From contig NC_043011.1 of NCBI RefSeq assembly GCF_006345805.1, positions 42,854,464 to 42,918,463 on the forward strand: 64,000 nt of DNA, in the 5' to 3' direction. The stretch is from Octopus sinensis. Its lineage: Eukaryota. Shown here piece by piece: positions 41,718 to 55,124 of this stretch. A program made the translations under genes and the position numbers. Every line of letters begins with the position of its first letter. The stretch's first letter is position 1. Below the pieces are notes generated by a model, which was not told the DNA's origin, did no database searches, and saw only the letters and a list, made by a program, of their open reading frames with translations.

Positions 41718-42150
41718 ATCAAACAAATGGAACCACACCAGTTGGTTATTTTTTTAATACAAAACATGACATAAAATTTCTTACGGCCGTTTCCGCTTCC
41801 AGTGTTAGTCGGTGCTTACGAAAGAAATTCCGAAATTAATATTCGTCATCTACATAGTATATTCGATCCAGTAGATGGAGTGAATACATATGCGTAAAAT
41901 AAACGAAGAGAAGAGGGAATAGGAAAGAACAGGGCCTCGAGAAGAGGTTAGAAGGCTCAATATACCAAAACCATACCATCTTGCAGCGTGGAGTTTGAAG
42001 TCGATAGGCAAAACATACATACAAATATTATTTTCGGAATTCCTTTCGTAAGCACCGACTAACACTGGAGGCGGAAACCGCCGTAAGAAATGTCATGTCA
42101 TTTTTTGTATTAAAAGATAATCAACCGATATGTTTCAATTTGTTTGTTGA
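41718..42150. mobile_element. MITE-like element with ~130-bp imperfect inverted arms
   Basis: 41718-41846 versus 42021-42150 reverse complement, core highly similar. Confidence 0.75.
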
Positions 42151-42218
42151 TCAAATGTTTTCTCCATCTTCTGATTATTTAATATATATATATACACTCA
42201 CGCACACACATATCCAAA

Positions 42219-42365
42219 CGACGGGGTGCTGAACTGTTTCTGGCTTTAAGGGTTTTGCGAAAGGCCTGGATGGAGGCCCAACTTTCCGAGTTCTTTTACA
42301 AGGCTCAGAAAAACTGAAGGACCACTGCAATAAGTTGTCTGAATCTGAGAGAGAGGAATACGTTC
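42219..42365 (+). mobile_element. Mariner-derived non-autonomous fragment
   Basis: acga.ggggtgctgaa...ctggcttt TIR-like start, then decayed transposase C-terminus (KLKDHCNK...RGEYV-like). Confidence 0.5.
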
Positions 42366-44609
42366 AAGTGATTACTGAATGATGTTAAACTATTAAGTTA
42401 TTCGGGTGAACTCTTTTACAAAACTTGACGTAGTTCCTGCGCATATTATTGCAAAATCTGGCGAATGTTACAACATTGATGTAGTAAAAATGTTTGCTAG
42501 TGTTGTTGCTTAGGCCTAGATTATCCCTCATCAAGAAGAGTTATTATCAAATACCTTCTAACTGCGATCATCGTGTGTGCACCGAAGTGCTTTATCTCAA
42601 ACTGCATAACGCATGTCTGCCCATTTTTAAGTCAAGAGGATGTTATTCGAGGGAAATTCTGTTACTACGTCTAGCTATTAATTCGACTACGTCCAGGCCT
42701 ACTGGTTAACGCATAGATGTTAATGGTTCTGTAATAACGGGTGAGGGCTGTTAAATGATATAACAGGGTTGGAAGCTGTTGTAACTAAATTAATCAGGAT
42801 GACCATTGTCATTGTTATAACATTAATGTCATACGGGTAGATGAATTGCTGCATGACAGGCAGAAGATATACGAGAAAATTAAAATGGGATGGACAGTAG
42901 TAGCCTGGTAGACAATGTTAGAGCATAGATGTATGTTGGGTGCGACGGAGACTGGTGCAGTTTCAGAGCACGATCAATATATATACCTCGCTATGCGTCT
43001 GTAACCTGTCGATATTAGGAGTTTAGAGAATTTCTTGATTGGAAATCTTTCTTGTTTCTTTTTTCTCTTTCTTTCCTTCTCCCGCTTCTCTCTGTTTCTC
43101 TCTCTCTCTCTCTCTCTCACTTTCACTCACACTCTCACTTTCTGTCTCTTTTCACTCTACCTACCTATTTAACTATATTATACACACGATAGGTATATTC
43201 ATATGTATATCTTGAAGCACTCCGTCGGTTACGACGACGAGGTTCCGGTTATCCGAATCAACGGAACCGCCTGCTCGTGAATTAACGTGTAAGGGCTGAG
43301 CACTCCACAGACACGGTACCCTTAACGTAGTTCTCGGGGATATTCAGCTGACACAGAGAGTGACAAAGCCGGCCCTTTGAATTACAGGTACAACAGAAAC
43401 AGGAAGTAAAAGTGAAGAAAAGTTGTGGTGAAAGAGTACAGCAGGGATCACCACCATCCCTGCCGGAGCCTCGTGGAGCTTTTAGGTGTTTTCGCTCATA
43501 ACCACTCACAACGCCCGGTCTGGGAATCGAAACCGCGATCCTATGATCGCGAGTCCGCTGCCCTAACCACTGGGCCATTGCGCCTCCACATGTATATACT
43601 TGTGTATGTATGCGAGTGCGTATGTGTAAATGTATGCAGCTAAATGGATATATATATGTGTATGTGTGTGTGTGTGTGTGTATATTTATATAATTCTTTT
43701 GAGGAACGATGAAACTCGAAGTAGATAAAGCGTGTATATATTGGTTTAAACAAACATTTCAATAGAAAAGATCGATACCTTCTACTTCTTGTATATAGCA
43801 ACTAAATCACCCTCCGATCATACCCTAACATTTTAAAATAAAAGGACGGACAACGTATATCGATTGAGCCTTTTATCAGTTGATTCAGGGGTGTTAGGAA
43901 GAATTTAGATGATGTCGTAAGTAAGAAGCCAATTGAACCCACCCAAAGTACCAGGGTAAATATTAGAATAAGCTTCAGAGAATTTGTGATAAAGCAAAGC
44001 AAAAAGAATAAACACATGGTAACACACGGATAACTTTCAAGATTTGTAAAGACTATGAAGAGTTAGCTCGCAGGTCTAGGATGGCTCTGAAGGATGCTAA
44101 ATCAACATTAAAATTGCAGTGAAACCAGGGAGGTTCATCGAATCATAGTTATGTAAGAGATATCCCTTAGACAAGGCTACATATACCTAAAGGAACTGCA
44201 TTGTATGTAGTTTTAATCCTGGAATTAACTGTAAGACTTGGAATGTAGTCAAAACCACCCTCATACTCATCATTTACTCTCTGCCTTCCCTTCTATTATA
44301 AGTAACCACATATCTACATAAAGGAGCCCTCCGTCGATTGAGACGACGAGGGTCCCTGCTGATACTATCAATGGAGGCACATTGCTCGTGAACTTAAAGT
44401 GCAAGTAACTGAGTACTCCACAAACACGTGTACCCTTAACGTAGTTCTCGGGAAGATTCAGCGTGACACAGAGTGTGACAATGCTGGCCCTTAGAAATAC
44501 AGGTACTACTCATTTTTGCCAGCTGCGTGTACATATCTACATACATATACCATACATACATACATACATACATACATACATACATACATACATACATACA
44601 TACATACAA

Positions 44610-45250
44610 GCTAATTCAAAGACTACAGATTCAATCCATCACTGGAATTGTAAAAGTCTGTAAAACTTTCCAGAAGTGTATCATTTAAATATATATGTGC
44701 ATGTCTAGATATGTAACTATATGTATGAGAATGCATACATAAATTAAAACATACAAATCTGCACACATACATACATACATACAAGCAAGAATGCACTGTT
44801 GTTGATGTTAAAATTCCAATGAAGGAGGCTTGAATCTAAATTAGAAACCGGCTCTTTCTCTATTGGCAAGAAATCTTGAAATAAAACCTAACAATGACAT
44901 ACATACATACACACCAATTTTAAGAAATTAGGCTACTCAAACCCAAAAGGAGAAAGCTGATTCAAAGTTTACATATTCAAGCCATCACTGAAACTGTAAA
45001 AATTTATAAAACTTTCCAGAAGTTTATCATTTAAGTAATAATGAGCGTGTCTGGACATGCAACTATATGCATATGAATACTTACATAAAACAAAACATAA
45101 AAATATGTACGTATACATGCATACAAAAGTACCCTTTTGATGTTGTTGAAATTCCAATGAAAGAGTCTTGGATGTAGGTAAGAAACCAGCTCTTTCTCTA
45201 TTGGCAAGAAAACTTGAAATAGAACTGAATAATGACATATATGCATATAT
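44610..45250 (+). repeat. Old ~346-bp tandem duplication
   Basis: 44610-44910 aligns with 44956-45250. Confidence 0.8.
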
Positions 45251-45927
45251 GCATACACACTAGCATAGCACCAATTCGCAGACAGACTTAAGGCGGGCCA
45301 GCAAGATTGAGGGCATAACACTGACGAGGTTGCGAATAGTAATGGTTAAGGAAGTGATATTGAACCAATGCGTGTGCTTATTATTATTGGCATAATGACC
45401 CTCTGAAGACACAACTAAATCGTATACGATATTTCGTATAGTTTGTTTAATTAGCTATCGACATAAGCTTAATTTCTATTCTACACATGTACTAAAATAT
45501 ACAAAATGCTGCGTTTCGCATTTATTAATTCGTTTAATGTTTTAATCACACATACATACATACATACATACAGGCCTGAAATGTCGCGGAGGGGATAGTC
45601 GATTACATCGACCTTCAGTACACAACTGGTTTTTAATTTATCGAATCCCGAAAGGATAACAGGTAAAGCAGACCTCGGCGGAATTTGAACTGAGAACGTA
45701 AAGACGGACGAAATGCCGCTAAACTTTTTATCCGGTGTGCCAACGATTCTGTCAGCTCGCCGCCACACAATCTATTCCTTAGTCTTGAGTTCTTTCACTC
45801 ACCCAGCCACTCGTACTCATACACGCATAGACACACAGACACACGCTCACTTACATGCATTTTCTTTTCCCTCTCTTTCTCACTTGCACACACCCATGCA
45901 CATATATACGAATTTCTATCCATCAAC

Positions 45928-46043
<116 letters not shown>

Positions 46044-46198
46044 TTATCTATCTATCTATCTAGCTCTCTCTCTCTATATATATACATACATACATGCATA
46101 CATGCATGCATATACATGCACATATATACGAATTTCTATCCATCTATCTATCTATCTATCTATCTATATATCTATCTATCTATCTATCTATCTTTATC

Positions 46199-46250
<52 letters not shown>

Positions 46251-46302
46251 GGTCCCTCTCTTCTATATATATATATACATACATACATACATACATACAT
46301 AC

Positions 46303-46336
<34 letters not shown>

Positions 46337-46352
46337 ATAATATATATATATA

Positions 46353-46391
<39 letters not shown>

Positions 46392-46434
46392 TGAATAATT
46401 AATATGAAGTATTGTGTAGAATATATTATATAAA

Positions 46435-46741
46435 GGGCATGGACAGAACAGTGCGAAGTAAATGCAAGGCAAATCACAAGAAAACAAACATGTGAATTAA
46501 TGTAGACTTACCTTGCATTCAATATTTCGGGGTTATGACCCCATTTTCAAGAAATTGATGAATGTTGCCGTTGTTCACTCCACACACGCTCACACACACG
46601 CACATCGGCAACATTCGTTAATTTCTTGAAAATGGGGTCATAACCCCGAAATATTGAATGCAAAGTAAGTCTACAGTAATTCGTAAGTTTGTTTTCTTGT
46701 GATTTACCTTACATTTACTTCGCATTGCCCTGGCCTTACCC
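46435..46741. mobile_element. Palindromic pLTR-like element, ~135-bp arms, each with a hammerhead-like motif
   Basis: 46435-46570 versus 46606-46741; inner 70 bp have 3 mismatches; UUGAAAA-U-GGGG ucauaa CCCC-GAAA-UAUU at 46626-46655. Confidence 0.75.
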
Positions 46742-46776
46742 ACCATCCTTTATACAACACACACACACACACACAC

Positions 46777-46858
<82 letters not shown>

Positions 46859-47439
46859 GAATATTTTGGACTAGTAGGTATAAGTCGATTAGTGTGTTGA
46901 AGTGTTGAATAGAGCACTGGTACAATTTGAGTGGTACTTGTTGTCATCTGCTGTCGGGGTATATTTCCGTTGGATCTACCTCAGGTACTCCGCAGTGTCA
47001 GGGTAATTGTATTAAGTAACGAGAAGATGGATTTAGTATTAAACTTTATTCTGCACAACGTTCGTTTCGACCCGTCCTGTTATTGTCCCTTATGTATGGG
47101 ACTCTGCTCAACATGCTGTGTTGCATCCATCGTGCAGTCTGGGTCTCATTATGTACATCCATAGATAAAATTGTGTCTCAGGAAAAACTTTTTTAGTGTC
47201 GCCGCCATGTTGTTAGAAGCCCGTCTACTTATAGAATGAATAAAATGCAAACAAGACTGCAGAAACCTAAAAATTCAAATACAGAGGGGAAATCTTGCGT
47301 TCCTGTTTAGATAAGATGACCTTAATCAGCTATCGACTTCATAACTGTTTAGATGAAAAAGAAATAAGAATAATAGGATAAACAGGAAAACGAATACTTA
47401 GTCAAACAGTTTTGTGTGCATACATATACATACACCTCC

Positions 47440-47498
<59 letters not shown>

Positions 47499-47609
47499 AT
47501 AGTAAAAAGTGAAAAAACTACAGAAGGCTTATTTTATAAGGTTAAAGAATATATTTGAGCCATTATGTTGAAGAATGTTATAAAATTTTTTCATACAGTA
47601 ACATAGTTT

Positions 47610-47651
47610 TTGAGGAATTACCGGTTTCCGTTTAACTTTCAAATTTCTCAA
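47610..47651 (-). ncRNA. Hammerhead-like motif (U3-A8 type, decayed core)
   Basis: Minus UUGAGAAAU-UUGAAA-G uuaaa C G-GAAA-CCGG-UA-AUUCCUCAA; helix I 8/9 paired, palindrome ACCGGU. Confidence 0.45.
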
Positions 47652-47827
47652 GTATCCTTACCTATATAGTGTTATGTCTTCGTTAATATATTATATATAT
47701 GTATACATAATTGCTCAACATTTTAAAACCTATGTAATACTTGCAATGTTTAATAAATGATGTAGTGTGAAACGATCGTACCAAATTACCGAAGATATTC
47801 TTGTTGCTTACTTTGATTTCATATATA

Positions 47828-47879
<52 letters not shown>

Positions 47880-49233
47880 ATATATTTACACACACACATA
47901 TATATCCTATACATCACAGCCTCACAACATATATACCTTCCTACACACACGGGCACAGAGACACACATACACGCAGGCAGACGCACGCGCCTGCATATAC
48001 ACGTGCGCCACAAATGCAGAGATATATTCTCTGTGACAAAATGCAGTTCCCCAGTTCGAACGTGCATCCAGCATGTTCAGACTGATAATAACATTGCAAC
48101 TACAGATTCTGCTAGCTCGGTATCTGACTGAGGCACAGAACCAGTAGTTTTGAAAGGAGGTGTTATTTGTTACTACCATCATTTCACTGGTACTTTATTT
48201 TATCCAGCCTTAAAGGGAAAAGAAAAAAAGTTGGTCTAGGGTGAATTTGAAATCAGAACGTAAAAAGCCGGAAGAAATGCAAATAGGCACTTTTCCGACA
48301 CTTTTTAGACGAGATTCTCGAAAGTCTTCTTAGATGTTACGACATTTCCTAGTTAACTAACAGCTGCTAAGTTGAATAAACCTAAACATACCAGCAGGCA
48401 TTTGGCTCTTGTTGCTAGTAGTTAATCTTGGCAGGATAATGAAGCTTAATGATATACTTGAGGCCAAGGTGCTGTTGGCTCCACTTGTATGCAACTTCAA
48501 AGATGACAGAATATGTCTATTTAAATGGTAATGAAAACTACATTAGCCTCGAGAAAATAAGTTAAAGAGTAGTCTAACTGAACACAAGCTCTTTCCGTGA
48601 TGTCTTCTTATTATCCAACTATATCTAGAACATAAATAAGAGAATAATTATTAACACTGCAAAACACTGGTTTTTATTCAACGGTACAGCACCTCTATTA
48701 TGTTTAAATGACAAGATGTGATTATGCAGTCTAGATTTGAAGTTGTCAATCGTCGAGTCTGTGTAGGTGATGGTGTTTAAGTCAGTTATTTAATCCCACT
48801 TGTAAACTATATTCCTAAGTAAACAGGTATTATTAAGCGGGCAGATATGTCTGTTATGACAGTTGCATATTCCAGGGGGTATCAGGCTACTTAGAACCAC
48901 TATTATCATATAACTTAAGTGTTGCATTAAAACTAATTAAACATCTCTATGATTCAATAACATTACTATAATTGCTAACTTGATTATTATTGCTGACAGT
49001 AGCAGGGTTGGTGCAGTTAGGACAAGTGTAGATGCATCATATTGAATTACGTTAGAATTATGACAGTTGTCAGTGCACATGTACTAGTTTCATTACCAAT
49101 ATTTTATTCACAGCCTTCACTCCTCTACATAAGCGTGCCGGATTAGGGTAATTTATATTAACACTAGGGAATCGCGTATCGCTACAGCAAGTTTATATCT
49201 ACTCCGCCCAGTCTGCGAGATATGTGTGTAAAT

Positions 49234-49271
<38 letters not shown>

Positions 49272-49352
49272 GTTGATTCGCCATGTTGATTCGCTAGCTT
49301 CTGCACGCATTTTTTTCTCTCCTTGTTTCTCTCCGTATTTCTTTTCTGTGTA

Positions 49353-49390
49353 TCTTTCTGTTGAAGAACGTAAGCTCGAAACGTAAAAGA
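49353..49390 (+). ncRNA. Minimal hammerhead-like motif, core variant CUGUUGA
   Basis: UCUUU-CUGUUGA-A-GAAC guaa GCUC-GAAA-CGUA-AAAGA; 5-bp helix I; in element 49270-49490. Confidence 0.5.
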
Positions 49391-49906
49391 CTTGTTTTAT
49401 TTATATTCCTGAGCGCCATACTAATACAATTGTTTGTTTGTATTCCACCTGCCTTCGTCTTTTGTTTATTTTCATAAAGCTTCCCGTTATATATGTATGT
49501 ATGTATGTATGTATTATGTATGTATGTATATTATTATATGTAAGATAAGATCCATGGATCCAGCGGTACCAAGTCAGTAAGCATTGAGCAGACGGTAGAA
49601 AATATATAAAACAACTTTCACAAATCATTGCAGTTTATTGGCGCAGAAGGTTGTAAATTTTTCCCATATCAAAGTTCGATAAGCTGCAAAAAGTTATTTT
49701 ATAGTTCACGGTTAGCAACTGGGATTGTTGTCTATGCGAATAAAAATCCACGCTACAATGATAGATAAAATCCACGCTGCAATGTATTTTCAATCAAATC
49801 TCCTGCGAGATAACATCGGACCCCTTCACGACAGTGTAACCTTCATTTAAGAAACCATTAACCCATTGTGTTGCTAGCGGAGTACTCCTCGTTGACTAAT
49901 TACTAC

Positions 49907-49947
49907 ATCCCAGGTTCTGCTAACTAGGAAACATATGTAGCCTGGAT
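49907..49947 (+). ncRNA. Decayed minimal hammerhead-like motif
   Basis: CCAGGU-U-CUGCUAA-CUAG-GAAA-CAUAUG-UA-GCCUGG; 6-bp helix I, palindrome ACAUAUGU. Confidence 0.4.
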
Positions 49948-50705
49948 TTTACCTCCTCCATTCCCTAAATATGGATTATATATATTTCTTTACTACCCAC
50001 AAGGGGCTAAACACAGAGGGGACAAACAAGGACAGACAAACAGATTAAGTCGATTACATCAACCCAGTGCGAAACTGGCACTTTATTTATCGACCATCGA
50101 GAGGATGAAAGGCAAAGTCGACCTCGGCGAAATTTGAACTCAGAACGTAACAACAGACGAAATACGGCTACGCATTTCGCCCGGCGCGCTAACGTTTCTG
50201 CCAGCTCGCCGCATTAAATACCGATTATATATACATGCATGTGTGTATATGTGCCTGCATATGTATTAGATTATGTCTATATATATGCATATGTATCAAT
50301 GCAAGTAAGTAAGAGTCGTATGATTGTATGTATATTATCACGCTTGGACACATTTCAATGACGTCTAGAGCAATAGAAGGAGTTAGCTGACTTCAGGTTA
50401 TCTGGCTAGTTCCATTTAAAGAAATAAATTAGGTGTGGTACTGTCCGATGATTGTTTTATGATCCGTTGGCTTCTATTATCACAGCTGGTTAAATCTAGT
50501 TAATCTTCGGTGTGTTTTCACTCTCTTCAGTGAAGCCTTACTGAGAGACTCAATCCACAACCTGTGGTATTTTTGTCTCCGAACTCAATTTTTAATCATC
50601 TGACGAAAACTTTTCCATGATGTAATCGTTGTAATCAAACCTTTCATCAATATGAAAAAATGCATCTAAAACAGTTGTAGTGAGCCTTTAACCCATTTGT
50701 GTTCT

Positions 50706-50737
<32 letters not shown>

Positions 50738-50950
50738 TATTAGAGACAAAACCACTATTTTGCAAAACAACAAGGAAAGACTTAATCAATACATAAAATT
50801 TTAATAAATAGTCAAAAAAAACCGCCACTACAATTTGGATTTATCCCTAATATTTATTATTATTATATATATAGATATATATAATATAGAGAGAGAGAGA
50901 GAGAGAGAGAAGCAGACAGAGAGATGTATGTATGTATGTATGTATGTATA

Positions 50951-50988
<38 letters not shown>

Positions 50989-51090
50989 GAAGTTAATCCA
51001 AGCATGAAAACACAAAGAGAAAACACAACACGCGAGGACGTGGAACAATATAGTATTATTGGACGCTCGGAAGGAAGGGAAGAAGGAGGG

Positions 51091-51151
<61 letters not shown>

Positions 51152-51266
51152 AGCAGACAGACAGATGTATGTATGTATGTATGTATGTATGTATGTATGT
51201 ATGCATGGCCACAGCTCGTGAGCTGAAACTAGATAAAGAAGGAAACATATATATATATATATATAT

Positions 51267-51815
51267 ACTAGCAGAGATACCCGGCGTTGCCCGGTTACAT
51301 TCAATTGAAGAATTAGACTTTTCTGTTATATTTTCTGAATGAACTGGAATATCTATGTTTCGAATTTCATCAAAATTGCAGATGAAGGTTATTCCCTCTT
51401 TACACACCCTAAAAAAATTGTAATCGTGCCACATGGAAACCAAAAGACGAATGATCACAATAGGAGTCAGTTATCCTACCCTAGTCGTTACCACTCCCAA
51501 TGTAGGATTCCTCACCATCCAGGTGACAGGCATAGCCGTAAGATGCATTACGAATCTAAAGCAATTGGAAGGACGTGACCCAACTGAAATCAACATTAAC
51601 AACTGTGTGACGTGAGGGCTTAGGAGAAATTAAAGTGTCACCTCTGATATTGCTGTGGGGTCGCCCTAGGGAAAAAGTTAGTTTTTTGCCGATGACACTC
51701 CCTTGACCTTAAGTAAGACATATATAAAATTTGAATGAAATTGGTTGCGTAGTTCTCAAGTTTTAGGGAACCACACAGACAGACAGACCGACATTCTCAG
51801 TTTTATATATATATA
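51267..51815 (+). mobile_element. Non-autonomous Helitron-like element
   Basis: Starts ACTAG...acccggcgttgcccgg hairpin; ends with (ACAG)n and gacattc...ttttatatat in a TA tract. Confidence 0.6.
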
Positions 51816-51892
51816 TAGGTAGGTAGGTAGGTAGGTAGGTAGATAGATACATAGATAGATAAACAGACAGATAGACAGACAGATGGATAGAT

Positions 51893-52245
51893 AAGTTTCT
51901 TTATTGGCCACACAGGGCTGCACACAGATGGGACAAGTTACAAGGTAGAGCTTTTCTTTTGGGGGAGAAAAAAAAGGTGGCGTAGGTTTTCGATCAAAAG
52001 GGAAAAAAGAACAAAAAAAAGAAAAAAAGAAAAAAAAAGGAAAAGAAAAAAGCGAAAAGGAACAAAAGAAAAGAAAAATGAAAAAAGAAGAAAGAAAAGG
52101 ATAAAGGGGAAGAGGAGAAAAAAACGATCAATACGGATCGTGTATCACAGTGTCATGATGTATGGTGAAAAGGGGAAAGCAAGTAAGGTTTATCCGTGGG
52201 AAGAAAAGCCTACGAAAAAGACCACGGTAACCTTGGTCAAGATAG
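51893..52245 (-). mobile_element. 3' UTR remnant of an L1/Tx1-like LINE
   Basis: Minus strand T-rich tract ending ccaataaagaaactt; family assignment is inference. Confidence 0.45.
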
Positions 52246-52268
52246 ATAGATGGATAGAAAGACAGATG

Positions 52269-52303
<35 letters not shown>

Positions 52304-52819
52304 GGATAGAAAAACAGATGGATAGATAGATAGATAGATACACATACTCATATGCATGTATATATATATGTGCGTGTATACATAATTGCATACACTCACA
52401 TGCATACATACACACACATACATGCATACATACATACATACATACATACATACATACATACATACATACATACATACATACATACATAAGAATGTAGACA
52501 TTTTATTTATAATCACTAGCTTCTCTAGAGTGTGATCAATATATTATCTTCCTACGCAACTTGATGTTCTCGTTAAAACAATATTGAATGCCAACCGAAA
52601 GAAGGACTATTTGGAGAGATATTAAAAGTACTACAGACGCTAAGAATATCCACGAAAAATATATCGGTGGAAAATTCCACACCAACAAATCCAAACATAA
52701 CATACCCGAGAGAAGAAAGGAACCCCTGCGTAGTCACTCGGCTTTCTAAAAATAGTAACTTAATCACCTCTGAAACCACACATGATAATGATGATGATGA
52801 TGATGATCTCAAATTTTGC

Positions 52820-53197
52820 CACAAGGCCAATAATTGTATGGGAGGGTGTAAGTCGATAAAATCGATGCCAGCGCTCATCAGATACATCCGAAAGGATGAA
52901 AGATAGAGTCGACCTCAGTGGCATTTAAACTCAGAACGTAGAGACGAATGAAATGTCCGCCTTAATAATAATAATACTTTCTACTATAGGCATACGGTCT
53001 GGATTTTGTGGGGGGGGGAACAGTTGCTCACATCGACCGCCGTACTCAACTGGTACTTAATTTATCGACTTCGAAAGGATAAAAGGCAAAGTCGACCCCG
53101 GCGGCATTTGAACTCAGAACGTACAGCAGACGAAATACCGCAAAGCATTTTGTCCAGCACGCTAACGATTCTGCCAGTTTGCCACCGTGATAATAAC

Positions 53198-53233
<36 letters not shown>

Positions 53234-53425
53234 GATGATGATGATGATGATCTTTTCTACTATAGGTACAAGGCCTGAAATTTGGGGGAAAAGGGGAATA
53301 GTCGATTAATCGACCACGAAAGGATGAAAGGCAAAGTTGACCTTGGCAGAATTTGAATTCAGAATAGAAAGACAGACGAAATGTCACTAAGCATTTTGCT
53401 CGGAGTACCAACGTTTCTGCCAATA
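52820..53425 (-). mobile_element. Three head-to-tail SINE A copies separated by (TAA)/(GAT) tracts
   Basis: 52820-52960, 52990-53190, 53260-53425; similar pair at 55440-55800. Confidence 0.85.
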
Positions 53426-53446
53426 TTGGATAATAATGATGACGGC

Positions 53447-53498
<52 letters not shown>

Positions 53499-53519
53499 GT
53501 GATGATGATGCTAAGTTAT

Positions 53520-54130
53520 TATCATTATTTCATTTATTGTCTACCAGAGCCGACATATTGGGGACAATACAGTAGGCATGGACAGTGACAATTTCACACA
53601 AAACAACGAGTACACAATTAAAACTATAGCAGTATTAAACGAAAAGAATGTAACAGTGGAAGTTCCCCAATAGGGGTGGGGATCACCTGGAGTTGGTTCA
53701 GGTACCCACCAATCCTGGACCGCTCGATGCTTTGAGGGTGTAGTGGGAATGGCACCCTCCCCCTCTCAAATTCACTAGCCTACAGGCGTATTGTTAGAGT
53801 AGATCCACTCACACGGGCCTTTTTCGCCACATTCACCCACTTTTCAGCAACTTTATTGGGAAGCAGCACTTTTCTGTCCACCACTCCTTCTTTTCCAAGT
53901 GAAATTCAAAAAAATTGATGAGAAATTGGTCGAAGAGAAAAGTGTCTGTTTTCAGTCTTTTCAACCTGGTCAACCACACAACCTCTTTCGCTACTGCTGT
54001 CAGACAGAGGAAAATTGCCTGCCCTTCCAGACCAATGGAAGGCAGCGAGTCGATCTTCGCTATGGACCAGGCTGATAGCGGGATCTGTCCTACACGTGAT
54101 AACAGCTGTTCAACATAATTCCACATGTCA
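53520..54130 (-). mobile_element. Tx1/L1-like ORF2 C-terminus plus 3' UTR
   Basis: WNYVEQLLSRVG...AIFLCLTAVAKEVVW.TRLK...LINFF.FHL; ends caataaatgaaata. Confidence 0.65.
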
Positions 54131-54339
54131 GTTATGCAAGAACACTACTGCTAGCGGCTGTTGTCACTGTTGCTGCTTCTGCTGTTTTCACTGCTACCAC
54201 TGTTGCTGTTACTGTTACTACTGCTGTTGTTGTTAAGCCACAAGACGGGTAAGGGTGATTAGGTGATGGTCTAGGGCTTAGGGGCGGGAGACCCCAGACC
54301 TTGGAAAAAATACTTTGGTCGTCTTGTTGTTAACTTAAG

Positions 54340-54660
54340 TTAATTTAAGTTAATTTTTTGGCTCAAAAAGCAAAAAGCAAGGGCATGTACTCATGGGTCA
54401 TGGAGTTATGTACAGGGTGGTGTTCGTGCAAAGAGTTCAGGCCATTTGTGGTCAAGGGAGACTTTGAACCGAGCGGTCGTCGGCATCTTCACTATCTCGT
54501 CCGACAGCTTATTCCACGGATCCCCAACCCGGACGGAGAAAGCCTCTCTCCTTCGATTGTGTTGTAGTCGAGGGCTCTTCGTTGACGCCCGACACCACTG
54601 GGAGGTGGCCCTCGAAGTTGCTGGAAATGGAGATCTCCAGGTCCAAATTCTTGGACGGCT
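54340..54660 (-). mobile_element. CR1-like LINE 3' end
   Basis: RREAFSVRVGDPWNKLSDEIV...FKVSLD; short UTR with aattaactt repeat tail. Confidence 0.85.
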
Positions 54661-55093
54661 GTTACTGCTGCTGTTACTATGACTTGTACCGTAACAGTTT
54701 CGTTTCTCTCCTCCTCTTCACCTGTATTGTTGCCAGTAACAGAGAGGAGGGGAAGGAAATCTTCAGAAGTCACCAGATTCGTGGAAGGTGTTGTTTTGCT
54801 TTTTCTCAACTCTTTCAAGACGTGCTCTGCCATTTTGTTGAGTTGTGTTTGTTTAAATTAAACGCCCACCGAACTTATTTGGTGGGACGAATATAGCCCT
54901 TAAAAGGGTTAAACAGCCATAGGAAACCAGTAATAGGTTCTTGGTGTTTCTATTGACAACTTGGAATAAGATAAATAATGCAAATAAGCTCCAAAAATAA
55001 ATGTTTTAAGCTGCACCAACCTGGAGCGTTTGAAAACACGTCTTATATATTCCGCAGTGAATAGAAGAAGAAGAAGAAGAAGAAGAATAAGAA

Positions 55094-55124
<31 letters not shown>

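Noticed and set aside
43695-43730. UUGAGGA-ACGAU-GAAACUCGAAGUA
   Set aside because: Helix I mostly unpaired; compatible with chance
44810-44870. Hammerhead in CCAAUGA...GAAACCGG
   Set aside because: Two core changes, no helix I; ccaat pairs better with downstream attgg
47050-47115. Minus-strand GAAACGAACGUU motif with hairpins
   Set aside because: Helix III plausible but no acceptable core
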